64,000 bases of DNA from Glaucostegus cemiculus (Eukaryota): the NCBI GenBank assembly GCA_976551045.1, contig CDPCPM010000005.1, forward strand, positions 20,832,001 to 20,896,000, in the 5' to 3' direction. Positions 28,116 through 40,433 of this stretch are shown here, piece by piece; within the stretch, counting starts at the first letter, position 1, and every line of letters begins with the position of its first letter. A program made the translations under genes and the position numbers. The notes beneath the pieces were generated by a model that had not been told where the DNA came from, searched no databases, and saw only the letters and a list, made by a program, of their open reading frames with translations.

Positions 28116-30632
28116 GATGCACTAAAAGCAAGTACAAATACACACGGCATAAAAGATAACTTGGATAAATCCCATCATAATATTCAGTTGTAGTTTTTGT
28201 TGGAACCCTGAGCATTATGGCAGCATTTAAGCTTTTTAGAAAACAGTTGAAATCTCAATCTGATTTCAACCATTAGAAGTTACTTTCATAATGTTCCAAC
28301 TAAACAATAAATCCAAAGCTATGACAAGCCGTCTCTCCAGCACACTTGTTGCTAACAAAATAGGATTTCATTCTCGTGGTATTGTGGGAGATAAGCTATG
28401 TAATCTGACCAGTCGCTGCTTTAATACTTTAAAAAAAAACAACAAGGAAAAAAATAATTGCAAATTATATACTTTAATCAAGCTACACTAATTTTGGCAA
28501 ACTACCCAATCATCAGTTCCTACATACAAATCTAGTCCCTATCATAAATCCCAATAATAATAAATATAGTGCTGTTTGTAAATATTTTAAGCAGTTTTTG
28601 TCCATTCAGATCTAATGTACATAACAATGCTTCAATGATGCCGTTTCTGGACATTAGAATTGCTTGTATTTAATCCATTACTTCTCTCAGAAAGCAAGAT
28701 GATAGCTTTTGAAGCAATAAAAATATGCCTTTTCTCAGGGTAATTTAAAATGGAGGGCAGGTTTTCTTTATCTTTCGTATTGCTTTCTTCAGCTCTATGA
28801 CCTGGTAGTTCCTGATTGTTTTAAAATTTGTCATGAACCAGAGTTGTCCAATTAAGGTTTTTGACATAGATGGGACTGCACTGATCTCGTATTAGAATGT
28901 GGAATGTAAAGTAATACAAGTCACCATTCAAATGACAACTATTACATACTTTAACAAAGACGACAGTAGCCTTACCTTGCCTAGCCCATTAACGGAGTTT
29001 AATATATTTCACCAACTGGTAATTACTATTATAGAAGTAACAAATCAGCAACTGAAGAGTGTAATTTTGATACAAATTAAGAATTTTAGAAATGAAGTGA
29101 AATAAACCAGCCCAAGCTTAAAATACAGAGTAAGATAACAATTCTTAACCCCACCAGAGTAGCTTTCTGAACTTGTCAAACTAAACAGCGAATTCCACTT
29201 AAATTAACTGCTCTATTAAGCAAATCCTAATTCCCTTGTAATTTTCTATTTCAATACTCAGAAATAACTGATTGTATATTTTCTTAACATATCCATTTTA
29301 GTGAGATTATATCTTGATCTTACCTTTGTAATCATTTTACTGTAACATTATACCTTGTTTTGCCATTGCTGTCTTCACTTAACGCAAAATGCAAAAAATT
29401 ATAAAGGATTTTTTCATTGTTAATATGTGTATTACACACTGATTACAGAATATATAATACCTTATCAGAAACACATTCAAGCAAACACTAGGCCATATTG
29501 CCTGATATTCTGAGGTGTATATTGGTGACTGCAGCATCTGTATTACAGCAAAAATGATAAGTGGTACTACATGGCCTGTGAAAGAAATATTACTGAACAC
29601 CAGACACTTGCAACTGGGTTTTTGCATATAAAAAAAACCTCAATGCTTTTTTTTCATTTAATGCCATTTAGGATATTAAATAAGGTTATTTCTTACAAAC
29701 TGCAGTACAAATTAATGGATGGATAAGCCAAATCAAGTGCTTGCTTAGCGAGACAGGAGGCAATAGGTTGTATTTCTAAAATGCAGAAACTGAACTGCAT
29801 TAAGGTTTTAGAAAGGCAATCTGAGAACAAATCTTAAACCAGTTCAGTTTACTAAAACTCAGTACATTAACCTGATTAAAGCAGAAGTTGTAATCAGCTG
29901 TATTGCTGGCTTTCTTTTAACAGAATAAAGCATGAAAGTGCTTATTAGTACCACAATAATATTCACTGTTCATTTCAATATGGCTGAGCACTGAGACCTT
30001 ATTAAAGTATGTCACTGTAATATAGGGCTTACTTTTGATGTGTAAAAGATGTAGCAAGACAGAATATTACATTTAAAAAACAATCCTGAAATCTACACAC
30101 CAACTGGAATTTAAGGTATATTGTATTTAGAAAATAGTATATTTAATACTTCGGGATCTATTCAAGGACATTCTGTTTGTCATGCTAATGAAATCCTTTC
30201 ACTCCTGGACAATGTACATAATATTTTTGGACATTAAAGAAATAGAATGTTGAATTTAAAATAAATTTACTTCAACAAAAACAAACAATAGGCTTACAGA
30301 TAATATGCAACCACTGAAAATCATTTCTGAACTGCTTGCACCGAGTTGCTTCTTGCAGAACTGTTATCACATTTCTAAACATCTATTTCATCATCTTTTC
30401 AATTGAAGCACAGCAGTGGTAACACAATGACAAACTTACAAATCATTCAGAGATATTCATATTATGGGGATTGGAAGAGGCATTGCACTACCATATTTCA
30501 CAATAAATTCACATCTGTAGCCTCTACTTTCAGACACCACACTTTGGATAAAGTGGAATTATTGCCTGCAAAAACCTTTGAACTTGTGCATCAATGTACA
30601 ACGATTAAATTCATTTCTTAATATCTGGAAAA

Positions 30633-30638
30633 TTTATT
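30633..30638 (-). terminator. Candidate proximal polyadenylation signal
   Basis: Minus-strand AATAAA about 200 nt after the GPATCH2 stop. Confidence 0.3.
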
Positions 30639-30834
30639 ACAATTAATACAGTAAATCAACATTGACTCTGCTCAGAAGCAAACGTGCTGATTTCTAAACT
30701 CAATTAACAATCACATTATCAAGATGTTCGTTTGTCACCATATCTACTGATGTTTTGAGCTTTCTTGAGCAAGGGCTAGTGAAGTTGTTTCCATTGAACG
30801 GTGTGTTGTTTCTATTGAGCTGAATAATTGCCCA

Positions 30835-31083
<249 letters not shown>

Positions 31084-31342
31084 CTATAATTCTCAATTTA
31101 CCTGATTATATATTAAATCAATCTGCCTTGTCACATGATAACCTCTGGAATACCCCTCAGAGGTTCAAAGAATGATGGTTAGGTTTCCCAGTGTTTAAAA
31201 ACAGGCATTGAATCAGCCTTCCTTGGGAGTGGATGAATACTGTATTAATTATCATGCCACTAACTTCCCAATTTCAACTTATTTAATTGTACTCTTCTCA
31301 CAAGGGAAAGGACCACCATTTCTGCCAGAAGATGAAAGACTG

Positions 31343-31436
31343 GCATTTATAAAGCACAATTCACAACCTTGGGAAACCCAAAATGACATTCAGCCAATTA
31401 AATGCTTTTGATTTGAAATTCCTGTTGTAATATACG
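31343..31436 (-). mobile_element. DeuSINE 3' tail fragment
   Basis: Reverse complement reads attacaacag...caaaagcatttaattggctg...ttttggg...ggttgtgaa..gctttataaatgc. Confidence 0.6.
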
Positions 31437-31659
31437 TATCGAGCACTGAGGAAATGCTGAGAAGACTGGTGTTTATTATCACAGCGGAATCGAAGAGAAG
31501 AAAAATGTTAATTGAAAACCATGAGAAGATAATAAGAAATGTCTTTCATATTTACTAAAATTTTGCCCTTTACCAAGTTTTAAAGATTTGAGCTATGAAA
31601 TATTTAAAAATTGTAAAATTACCAATCACTATAAACTTATCTTCAACCTTTCCTCATAG

Positions 31660-32125
31660 CAGTGGACTCTAAAGCTGGAGAGCGTAGGTTTAAATAAGGG
31701 GTAAAAGATTTAGAGGGGAACTGAGCAAGAAGATGAGTCTTTTCACCTAGACGGTGGTTGAAATCTGGAACACACTGTCTAAATGGTGGAGACGGGTATA
31801 CTCACCACATTTAATAAGTATCCTGATTAGCACTTGAATCAGCAAGGCATAGAAAGTTACGGACAATGTACCAGTAAATGGGATTATACCGATAGTCTCT
31901 GTGCTTTACAATTCTATAAAATATAGATTATGTTTCCTTCTTGATACAAAAAAATAAATGGATAAATTAAAAGAAAATTCAAACAAGTAATTAGGAAAGG
32001 TAGTAGGAAAGGTTCAAAGGGACATGGGCCAAATGTGGGCAAATGGGACTAGTTTAGATGGGAAACTTGGTTGGCTTGAACCAGTTGGGCTGAAGGGCCT
32101 GTTTTCATGCCAAATGACTCTCTGG
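31660..32125 (+). mobile_element. Two CR1 3'-end fragments
   Basis: tttttcacctagacggtggttgaaatctggaacacactg (FFT.RVV..WN.L) and the tail gttgggctgaagggcctgttttcatgc. Confidence 0.8.
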
Positions 32126-32189
32126 TCCTAAGTAATTGATCCCCAGAGTAAAGGGGAAGTGTTAGGTCCATGACAGAATGAGGGGGATA

Positions 32190-32367
32190 ACAGAATGTTT
32201 CTTTGGCTCCTCCCTCCCATTTTTTTTTTTGCATCTTGAAGCTTGTTTTACTTCTATATCTTCTCAATTCTGATAAAGGTTATCACCCTGAATGCTGGCT
32301 GACCTGTTGAGTATTTTCAACATTTTCTATTTTATTTCAGGTTTTCAGCATCTGCAACTTCTGCTTT
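32190..32367 (+). mobile_element. Penelope-like terminal repeat relic
   Basis: caattctgataaaggttatcaccctgaa...gctgacctgttgagtattttcaacattttc...cagcatctgca. Confidence 0.65.
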
Positions 32368-33305
32368 AAGGAAAATAAGCACTTTCTCATGTATTCTATG
32401 GATTTGAAAATAAATTTCCAAACAATGCTGGCCTTTGAACACATTGCTGCATTAAACAATTGCTAAATATAGTGACATTAAAGAGAAATACTAATAGTTT
32501 GAAAAAACTATTTGAAAAGTAATGTTTCCATTAGATTCTAATTTATCTGAATGGCTCCTTATTTGATCAAAATTAAATTTGACCTGTGCATAAGACTGTC
32601 TGTTTAAAAACACAACCACTTAGTTATACTTTCAAGCCATACTTCATTTTTTTCTCCACCAGGCTAAACTGAATGGCAGATCATAGGTCTACAGCTGCCA
32701 GAAGCTACACATCTGCTTAATCACTCTCTGATGTTATAACAGCTTAACGCACGGATGAAACACAGTTATTATGCAATATCCTATCAGATGGAAAATTATT
32801 CTAATGGTTTTGTTTTTATCACTGTCACAGTTACTACTATGAAAACCCGTTTCAGGTAAACTAGTATTGCTAATACTGGCTCTGTTACAAGCAAAAAGGC
32901 CAATGCAATTCTTGGCAATGTTTCACAAAATTCTGCAATTATATGATGGAAATATGTTCTGTCAAGGTTTTTATATTAAATAAAAACAAACTGGCCTTTA
33001 ACCAAACTTCACCTTTAGGACAACTAGATATATTAAAATGCAAGTAAAAGGCTTGGATATCAAGTACAAATGACACATTGTATTGATTTTTACTGAGCAT
33101 TTCATCATGGATTTCCTCACAAGACAGAAGAGTAAATTCCCAGACAATCCATTTGAAACTAGAGGCGATTCAACAAGCACTCTAGTTTCTAGGCAGTGGG
33201 AGAAAATAAATGTCCATCTCAAGTCTAAAGTCCAGCAACTTGCAAAGCAAGTGATGTTAGAAACTTATTTACATGCACATAAATAAACAGGGAGCAAATT
33301 CACGA

Positions 33306-33993
33306 ATTGGAGGTGCAAAGGGACTTGGGAGTCCTAGTGCAGGATTCCCGAAGGGTTCACTTGCAGGTTGAGTCAGTAGTAAGGAAGGAAATACAATGTT
33401 AGCATTAATTTCAAGAGAACTAGAATATAAAAGCAAGGATGTAATGCTGAGGCTTTATAAGGCATTGGTCAGACCACATTTGGAGTATTATGAGCAGTTT
33501 TGGGCCTCATATCTAAGGAGCGATGTGCTGGTATTGGAGATGGTCCAGAGGAGGTTTATGAGAATGATCCTGGGAATTAAAGGGTTAATGTATTGAGGAC
33601 TGTTTGACGGCTGTGGGCCTGTACTCACTAGAGTTTAGAAAACTTTTGAAACCTACCGAATATTCAAAGGACTGGATAGAATGGATGTGGAGTGGATATT
33701 TCCAGTAGTGGGAGAGTCTAGGACCAGAGGGCACAGCCTCTGAATAGAAGGATCTCCCTTTAGAACAGATGGTGGTGAATCTATGGAATTCATTGTCACA
33801 GATGGTTGTGGAGGCCAAGTTATTGGGAATATTTAAAGTAGAGGTTGATAAGTTCTTGGTTAGTAAGGGCATCAAAGGTTATGGGGAGAAGGCAAGAGAA
33901 TGGTGTTGAGAAGGAAAAACAAATTGGCTATGATTGAAAAGCAGAGCAGACTCGATGGGCCGAATGTCCTAATTCTGCTTCTTTGTCTTATGG
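33306..33993 (+). mobile_element. CR1 LINE RT C-terminal region and 3' UTR
   Basis: ORF MLALISRELEYKSKDVMLRLYKALVRPHLEYYEQFWASYLRSDVLVLEMVQRRFMRMI; tail gactcgatgggccgaatgtcctaattctgc. Confidence 0.95.
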
Positions 33994-34164
33994 AATGGAT
34001 GAAAATGAAACAATACCAAGTATATGTATGAAGAACCTACGGTACTTCCTGCTTAATGGAGAATTGCTTGAGTGACTTTACACTAGTGGTTTTAAATATC
34101 AGTATTAATCAATCTTTTGCCATTGAACAGCATTAAATGCTGTTGTTGATGAATCACATTTCTG

Positions 34165-34475
34165 CTATCACCATTTCCATCTTTGTAACATTGCCAAATT
34201 CTGCCCCCACTAAAAACCATCTAGCGCTAAAACCCTCATACATGCCTTTGTTAGCCTTAGATTCAACTACTCCAACACACCCCAGCATTCTCCCTCATTC
34301 TACTCTCCTTGTAAAAACGTGAGGCCATACAAAACTTCTGCCCACTGATTGAACTTGCATTGTTCCATTTAACTGTCATCTCTGCACTTGCTGACCTACA
34401 CTGATTTGCTGCTACTCAATGCCAAGATTTTAAAATACTTAATTTTGTTTTCAAACTCCTTTTTAAGGCTTTTTC
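34165..34475 (+). mobile_element. L2 LINE RT C-terminal fragment
   Basis: Decayed HLCNIAK..., AKTLIHAFVSLRFNYSN, LADLH*...DFKILNFVFK, corresponding to L2 HLRNIA..TLIHAFVTSRLDYSN..LADLHWLP..FKIL. Confidence 0.8.
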
Positions 34476-35404
34476 AATATTTGTTAATGACTCTGACATT
34501 CAGATATTTAAAAATATTACAACTGATATACATAATAATTATACTTTTAAAAATTAAGGTGTTCATTAAACACTTAGAAATTGTGAAGAACATTAAACTA
34601 AAATAAAATGCTTAGGAATAAATGTACCTTCCTTATTTTATTAAAATGACTGGAGCCTCTGCACCTGTGTCAGCTCTGATCTGGCAAAGGACTAAGGAGG
34701 CAATTACCCAGTAATCAGGAACACGTGTGGATCTGATCTCATCCAACTGATTTAACACTTATGATGCAAGCAGGGGTGGAGCCATGGGGAGTGTATTTCA
34801 CATGGACTTGTGGAACAAGTAGATATCTTTGCTTTGCATGTGATGTGCTAATTAGCATGCTGTACCCCAAACATTAGGATGGTTGGAGGTAACAGAAAAG
34901 ATAGACTATGAAAATGGAGTGTAATTGGTCCTAAATCATGATCCATGAAGTCAGCAATATCATAGGAAAGACTATAATGGTGGTTTTGCTGCTTGAGTAG
35001 CTACATTCTTTCTTATGATGCAAGATCTTGTGAGTAACCATCTATTAATACACTTGATGGTTTGATCTGAGAAAACTAGAGGTATTAGATATTTGGCTGA
35101 AAACAGTGGTAAAGAAATATGCTTTATGAACCTGGGACAATTTTGGGGAAAGGACAGTCATTTAGGTGGATATGCTTCAAACACCTGAATTGCTAAATAT
35201 GTCCTTGGAGGGAAGGTAAATGGAATAAATAAGGGAGTATTTAAGAAATAAGAAGAATGAAAGAGGAAAAAAAAGTCTGCATACTCAAGGGGGCTTGTGG
35301 AGACGTGCTTCTTAAGGAAAATCAGAATGAGGTTATGTAGAAGGATTGAGAAGGAAAGAAAATGTGCAAATGGAAAGGATAAGTGCACTGAGGAATATAA
35401 ATGG

Positions 35405-35625
35405 ATCAGGATGCAGTATTTATATGCCAACATGCAGAGCATTTGAAATAAAGCTAGAGAGCTACAGACATTTATTAGAATGGAAGAATGCAACACCATA
35501 AATTTGATGGAATGTTGGCTTCAGTCAAAGCATGATTCAGAACTAAATATTCTTGGCTATAAAATTAGAGAGGCAAAGAAAAGTGGCATAATGGCCTTAT
35601 TAATTAAGGATTCAATTACAGACAT
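35405..35625 (+). mobile_element. CR1 APE-endonuclease fragment
   Basis: YLYANMQSI*NKAREL...ECWLQ...ELNILGY...KSG..ALLIK. Confidence 0.75.
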
Positions 35626-35644
35626 AGAAAATATAGGTATTTGG

Positions 35645-35820
35645 GTCTCATAAATGGCAATGAGATAAATGACCAGTAAGGCTTAGGTTGAGGGACAAAT
35701 AGTTGTCAGAATATAAGGAGAACTCTGCTGCTTTTTCTTTAATCGCGATGGGATCTAGTTGAGTGGGTAAGCAGAGCCTATATTTAATGACTCAGTTAAA
35801 AGACAATATTTTCAGCAGTC
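35645..35820 (-). mobile_element. DeuSINE core fragment
   Basis: Reverse complement reads gatcccatcgc...aaagaaaagcagcagagttctcc...tccctcaacc...ctggtcatttatctcattgc. Confidence 0.65.
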
Positions 35821-38589
35821 GGTGAGAGAGAATGTTAAGTTGAGGCAGACACCTGAGATGAAGAAGTCATGATGCCATTCATCTGTGCCATATAAACCCT
35901 GAATTTTATGTAAAATGTTTGTATTTCTTCCTAGATCTGTATTGTACACCAAACTCAACATATAACATATGATGAGGAATTTTTACTGAATAATAAAGTG
36001 AAAATTTGTGGATAGATGCAGAGTGATTCATTGCCAACACTCACTGAAGTAAGAACAATTATGATATGACACTGCTGGGGACTGGAAACTTTAAATTCAT
36101 TCCTAACAGGATAAGCTCTTATTGCTGAAGTAATGTATTTAGAACTTCAGTGCTGTAGTTGATGTTGTCCAAACCACTGGGATCTCTTATTTTATAGGGC
36201 TTCCTTGGAATTTCTGCCATAGCTCTTGCAATACTAAATTATGGTATCACTGGGGTATTGGCTATATTCTATTACAAGATAGGCTGAATGATTTAGAAAC
36301 CTAAGTTGCAGGATCAGAGTTTAAAATTTGGTCATATAAAATAATTCAAGCCCACAGACTGAAAATGGATTCAATACTGTCTAAGCTAAAGACAGTTTTT
36401 CAACTGCTAAAATAACATAAATGCAATTAATTATAATGACGGGAGGACAGATAACCACTACAAGGAAGGAAAACTATTCTCTTCAGTTGGCTGGATTGCC
36501 TGTAGTTTGAAGAAGATTTGTAAAAATGAATTGACATAATTTAACAATCTTCAGCGGGACCACATTGGGGATGGATGGAATGGTGATCTTTCCCAACCAA
36601 ATAGGGCATACAATATGTTTAGAAATTCATACTGCCGTAGCCAATGTTGTCTGGGTGTTTTGAGGAATAGAAGTTCCTTGGTGTTACCAAATCATTGTTT
36701 CTTGTGTTAAAGGGTGTTTTTACATGAGAAGAGTGAACAATGAAAGGAAGCGACTATATTTTCAGTGTAAGGTAACCAATCTCCACTTGAATCTCAGTTG
36801 TATTTTTAAAATGTGTCAATCCTGTGAGCACCTTGTAATGAGTGGCATCATCATCATTACAGGGACAATATCAAAAACACCAATTTGTACAGTTATTGCA
36901 CTATTGGTGTTTTTAGTGAAAAAAGACTGTAGGAATTGCTTCTGATGAATGGAATCAGACAAAAATCAACACTATTTTAAAGTAGTATAAATTAGAACTA
37001 GGATCCAAAATCTTGGTTTAAAAAATTAAGCACAAGTTCATTGGGTACAACAGAATTTGCTGTTTTAGTTTCAATATGCAATATCATCAGCAAAAGTTTA
37101 TTTCATAAGTATATATAGACAAAGAAAGAATCCAGAATAAACTTTCAGATACCAAATGAAATGGAGGATTTAAAGTAAATGCAAGTTCCTTTGTTCTGAT
37201 GTATTCCTTTGTCCTATGTGATGTAGGAGCAGTTATTACAAAAAGGTTGTTTTGTACAGATATTGGCTCTGCTTTTATTTTAAAACTTCTGTTTCACATT
37301 AAATGTACATATTTCACATTGAAACTATTTCTTAATACAGTAATGAATTCCCTTCCACTTGGTGATGATGAAATCACCACTGGTAATTTACAAACAGCAT
37401 TTTCTGTGCTGAAGGTTTAAAGAAACAATTATTATTCTTGTTGATTTCTTCATGAAACAACCTTCACCATGTAAATTCTTCAAAATTCATTCTGAAAGAA
37501 TCTCAAAGTAGGCAATCTTGGAGTGGAAGATCTTCCACTTTTGGCTTTGCATTTGATTTACAACTGTCACAAAACAGCCTTCTTTTCCCTGAAACCTGCC
37601 AAGGAACACGGTGGACAGTATACTTTGCATAATTGGCTCAAGAGATGAAAATCTTGTATCAGTCTCTGTGGCCACTAATCTATCCAACTGACTGCAGGCC
37701 TAATTGGCAGTTTGTTTAGTAATTTGGATCCTAAAGTGCTTGTATTGATGTCAGATAAGAAGCCATACTGTGGGGATACAAGATGTTTCACTGCCTGAAG
37801 CCAGGGGTAATGTTTGGTATATGTTATGACCTTTATGGACATAATAGATATTTTCTTTATCTCCTGTTAATAAAATAAACATTATGCACATTCTGGAGCA
37901 TTTTACTAAATTCTGTTTTATGCAACTTAATTGTTACTAGTTTAGTACCACAAAACTCTAAAACTGGGAGCTAAGAAAACTGTCATCTATTTCTTTTATA
38001 TCGACAGACTCCAATGTATAAACCAATTTGGGGCATTTTGATTTTTAATCTAGATTTAAGATGAAAAATTCACTGTTCATTTAATGTTAAAAGGACAAAT
38101 ATTTCTGTTTCAGTAGATTTTGTACCCTTGGTCATTTTCACCTGGAATAGTTTTGCTAGTCAAACAAATGACCAACACAAATAGCATAAAATCTTTTAAG
38201 CATTCATTAAGGCTATGGACATAAAGAGAGCTATTCATTACTTAACTAGCAATTGCAAACAAAGACACTGACTTTGATTCAGAGCTGAGAATTGCTGTAA
38301 ATTCAGGAATCAATACTTGGGTATATCAATATTAATTTTGTTGTTCAATACAAAGAGGGAAGTGTATTGAATATCAGCAGTGTAATAAATAGCATAAATC
38401 AAGTGTCTGTGTCATTTTGCAACTGGCTAAAAATTAACCCAGTTCTGCTGGTATCATGGCTTTTTGTATGTAAAGAAAAATTGGGCTTTTTGTCTGTTCT
38501 CACTATTTAATGCAAATCTGCAAATTATTTCTGATGTGCTACACAGGACTGATGATTGGTTACCAAAGCCTAATTTCCTTTGTCCCCTT

Positions 38590-38800
38590 CATTGGTAGGC
38601 TGCCTTATCTAGGATATGACCTCTGGAATAACTCCCCACTACCCTCTGTCCTCTAAGGCAGTCCTGAAAACCTATCTCTAGCACCAAATTTTGTTCACCT
38701 CTGCAAATATCACCCTATATGGCTTGCTGTTAATTTTGTTCTTCTTTTGAAGTAGCTTAAAATGTTTTACTATGTTAGTGGTAATAAACAAAGGTAGCCA
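38590..38800 (+). mobile_element. L2 LINE 3' end
   Basis: ctctggaataactcccc...cctgaaaacctatctct..accaaattttgttcacc...aatgttttactatgtta (LWN.LP...LKT.LF plus L2 tail). Confidence 0.65.
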
Positions 38801-39344
38801 TTGCTTCTGGGAGCAGAAATACTTATTTTTTCATTGAAGCAATGTGTGAAAATTGTACAAGTTTCTACATTCAACTGAGAAAATTGTGTTTGGGTAACAG
38901 AATAATGGCTTTAACCAGATTTGAACTATATTTATTCATTTTCTAGGATTTGGGCATCACTGCAAAATCATAATTTATTGTCCATCCCTAATTGCTCTTG
39001 AGAATCTGGTGGTGAGCCATCTTGAACTACTACAGTTCTGCTGGTGATGGTACTCATTGTTGGGAGGGATTTCCAGGATTTAGATTCAGTGGCAATTAAG
39101 GAAATACGCTATATTACCAAGTCAGAAACCTGTTGGTGGTGGTGTTCATATGCTCCTGCTGCCCTTGTTCTTGGTGGTAGAGGTTGAGAGTTTGGGAGCT
39201 GCTACTAGAGTAACTTAAGCAAGAAATTGTAGTCTATTTGTACATGGTACACATTGCTCCCATTGTGTGCCATTGATGGATGAAGTTAACATTTAGGTTG
39301 GTGGATGGGCTGCTTAATCTTGAATGGTCATGGTGATGACAAGA

Positions 39345-39946
39345 TAGAAACACCATGTCTATTGCCAACCATCATGCCTATTGAAACTAATCCCACTTGT
39401 CTGTATTAATTCAATATTCCTGTGTCTTGCTCACTCAAATACCTGTCCAGATGTCTCTTAATCGTTGTTACTCTGCCTGCTTCCTTCACCACCTCTCAGT
39501 TCATTCCAGGTACTCTTGTACTCAATGGCTCGGCTGATTGAAGGTAAGCCTTCCATCTGCCAGCTCTACCACCCTATCTACCCTTGTTGTCATTTTCATG
39601 GAACAACGTACTTGCATCCCTAGGTTTCGCCATTCAACAACACTTCCCAGGGCTCTGCCATTCATTGTGTATGTTCTGCTCTGGTTTAACTTTCCAAAAT
39701 AATCACTTTGCTCTTGTTTGAGTTAAATTTCATCTGCCATTCCTTTGCCCATTTTTCCAGTTGATCAATATTCTATTGTACCCTTGGGCAACATTTACTG
39801 TCCACTATTACCACTAATTATGATGTAATCTACAACTTGCTAATCTTGCCATCTACATTCTCATCCAAATCATTAATATATGGCAATCAACAGAGTACCC
39901 TGTGGCACACCACTTGTCACAGACTTCCAATCTGAAAAACAATTTT
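39345..39946 (-). mobile_element. CR1 LINE fragment nested in an older LINE
   Basis: Reversed CR1 tail (gaaactaatcccacttgtctg) and RT remnants (ttaaatttcatctgccattcc; catccaaatcattaatata; ccctgtggcacaccacttgtcac = VTSGVPQG). Confidence 0.85.
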
Positions 39947-40303
39947 ACTAGGGCTCTATGATGCCACTCAGTCAAATGCTGCGTTTGATGCTAAGTAGAA
40001 TCATTCTCACCTTGCCTCTGGAATTCAGCTAATTGATCTGTATTTGACTCAAAACTTTCATGATATCTGGAGCAGAGTATCTTGGCAAATTGGCCATCAG
40101 TGAGTAGGTTATTTGTGAGTAAATGCTATTTGACATTCCTGACAATGATGGGTAGTAATTAATTGAATTGGATTTGTCCTGATCTTTGTCAACAGCATAT
40201 ACGTGGGCAAATTTCCATCTTGTTTGATATATGCCAATGCTGCTACTATATTGGAAATGTAGCTAGTTCTGGAGCGCAGGTTTTCAAAACAATAGCAGAG
40301 TGT

Positions 40304-40433
40304 CCTGAAGAAGGGTCCCGACTTGAAAGGTTGACTGCCTGCTTTCATCCACGGATGTTGCCTGGCCTGCTGAGTTCAACCAGCATCAGTGTTTTTCATC
40401 TAGATTCCAGCATCTGCAGTCCTTTGCTTCTCA
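40304..40433 (+). mobile_element. 130-bp solo Penelope-terminal element with hammerhead-like 5' end and 10-bp TSD
   Basis: Flanked by agcagagtgt at 40294-40303 and 40434-40443. Starts cctgaagaagggtcccgacttgaaaggttgac and ends ccagcatctgcagtcctttgcttctca. Confidence 0.85.

Larger units (their letters stand above)
27870..30834 (-). other. GPATCH2: Probable GPATCH2 3' UTR (long form)
   Basis: About 3 kb downstream of the stop is AT-rich with no recognisable TE, unlike the flanks. Minus-strand AATAAA at 30638-30633, 28115-28110 and 27888-27883. The distal end is inferred. Confidence 0.55.

Noticed and set aside
30781-30820. Imperfect ~21-bp duplication just after the GPATCH2 stop (gttgtttc(c/t)attga x2)
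   Set aside because: An ordinary slippage duplication with no evidence of function.
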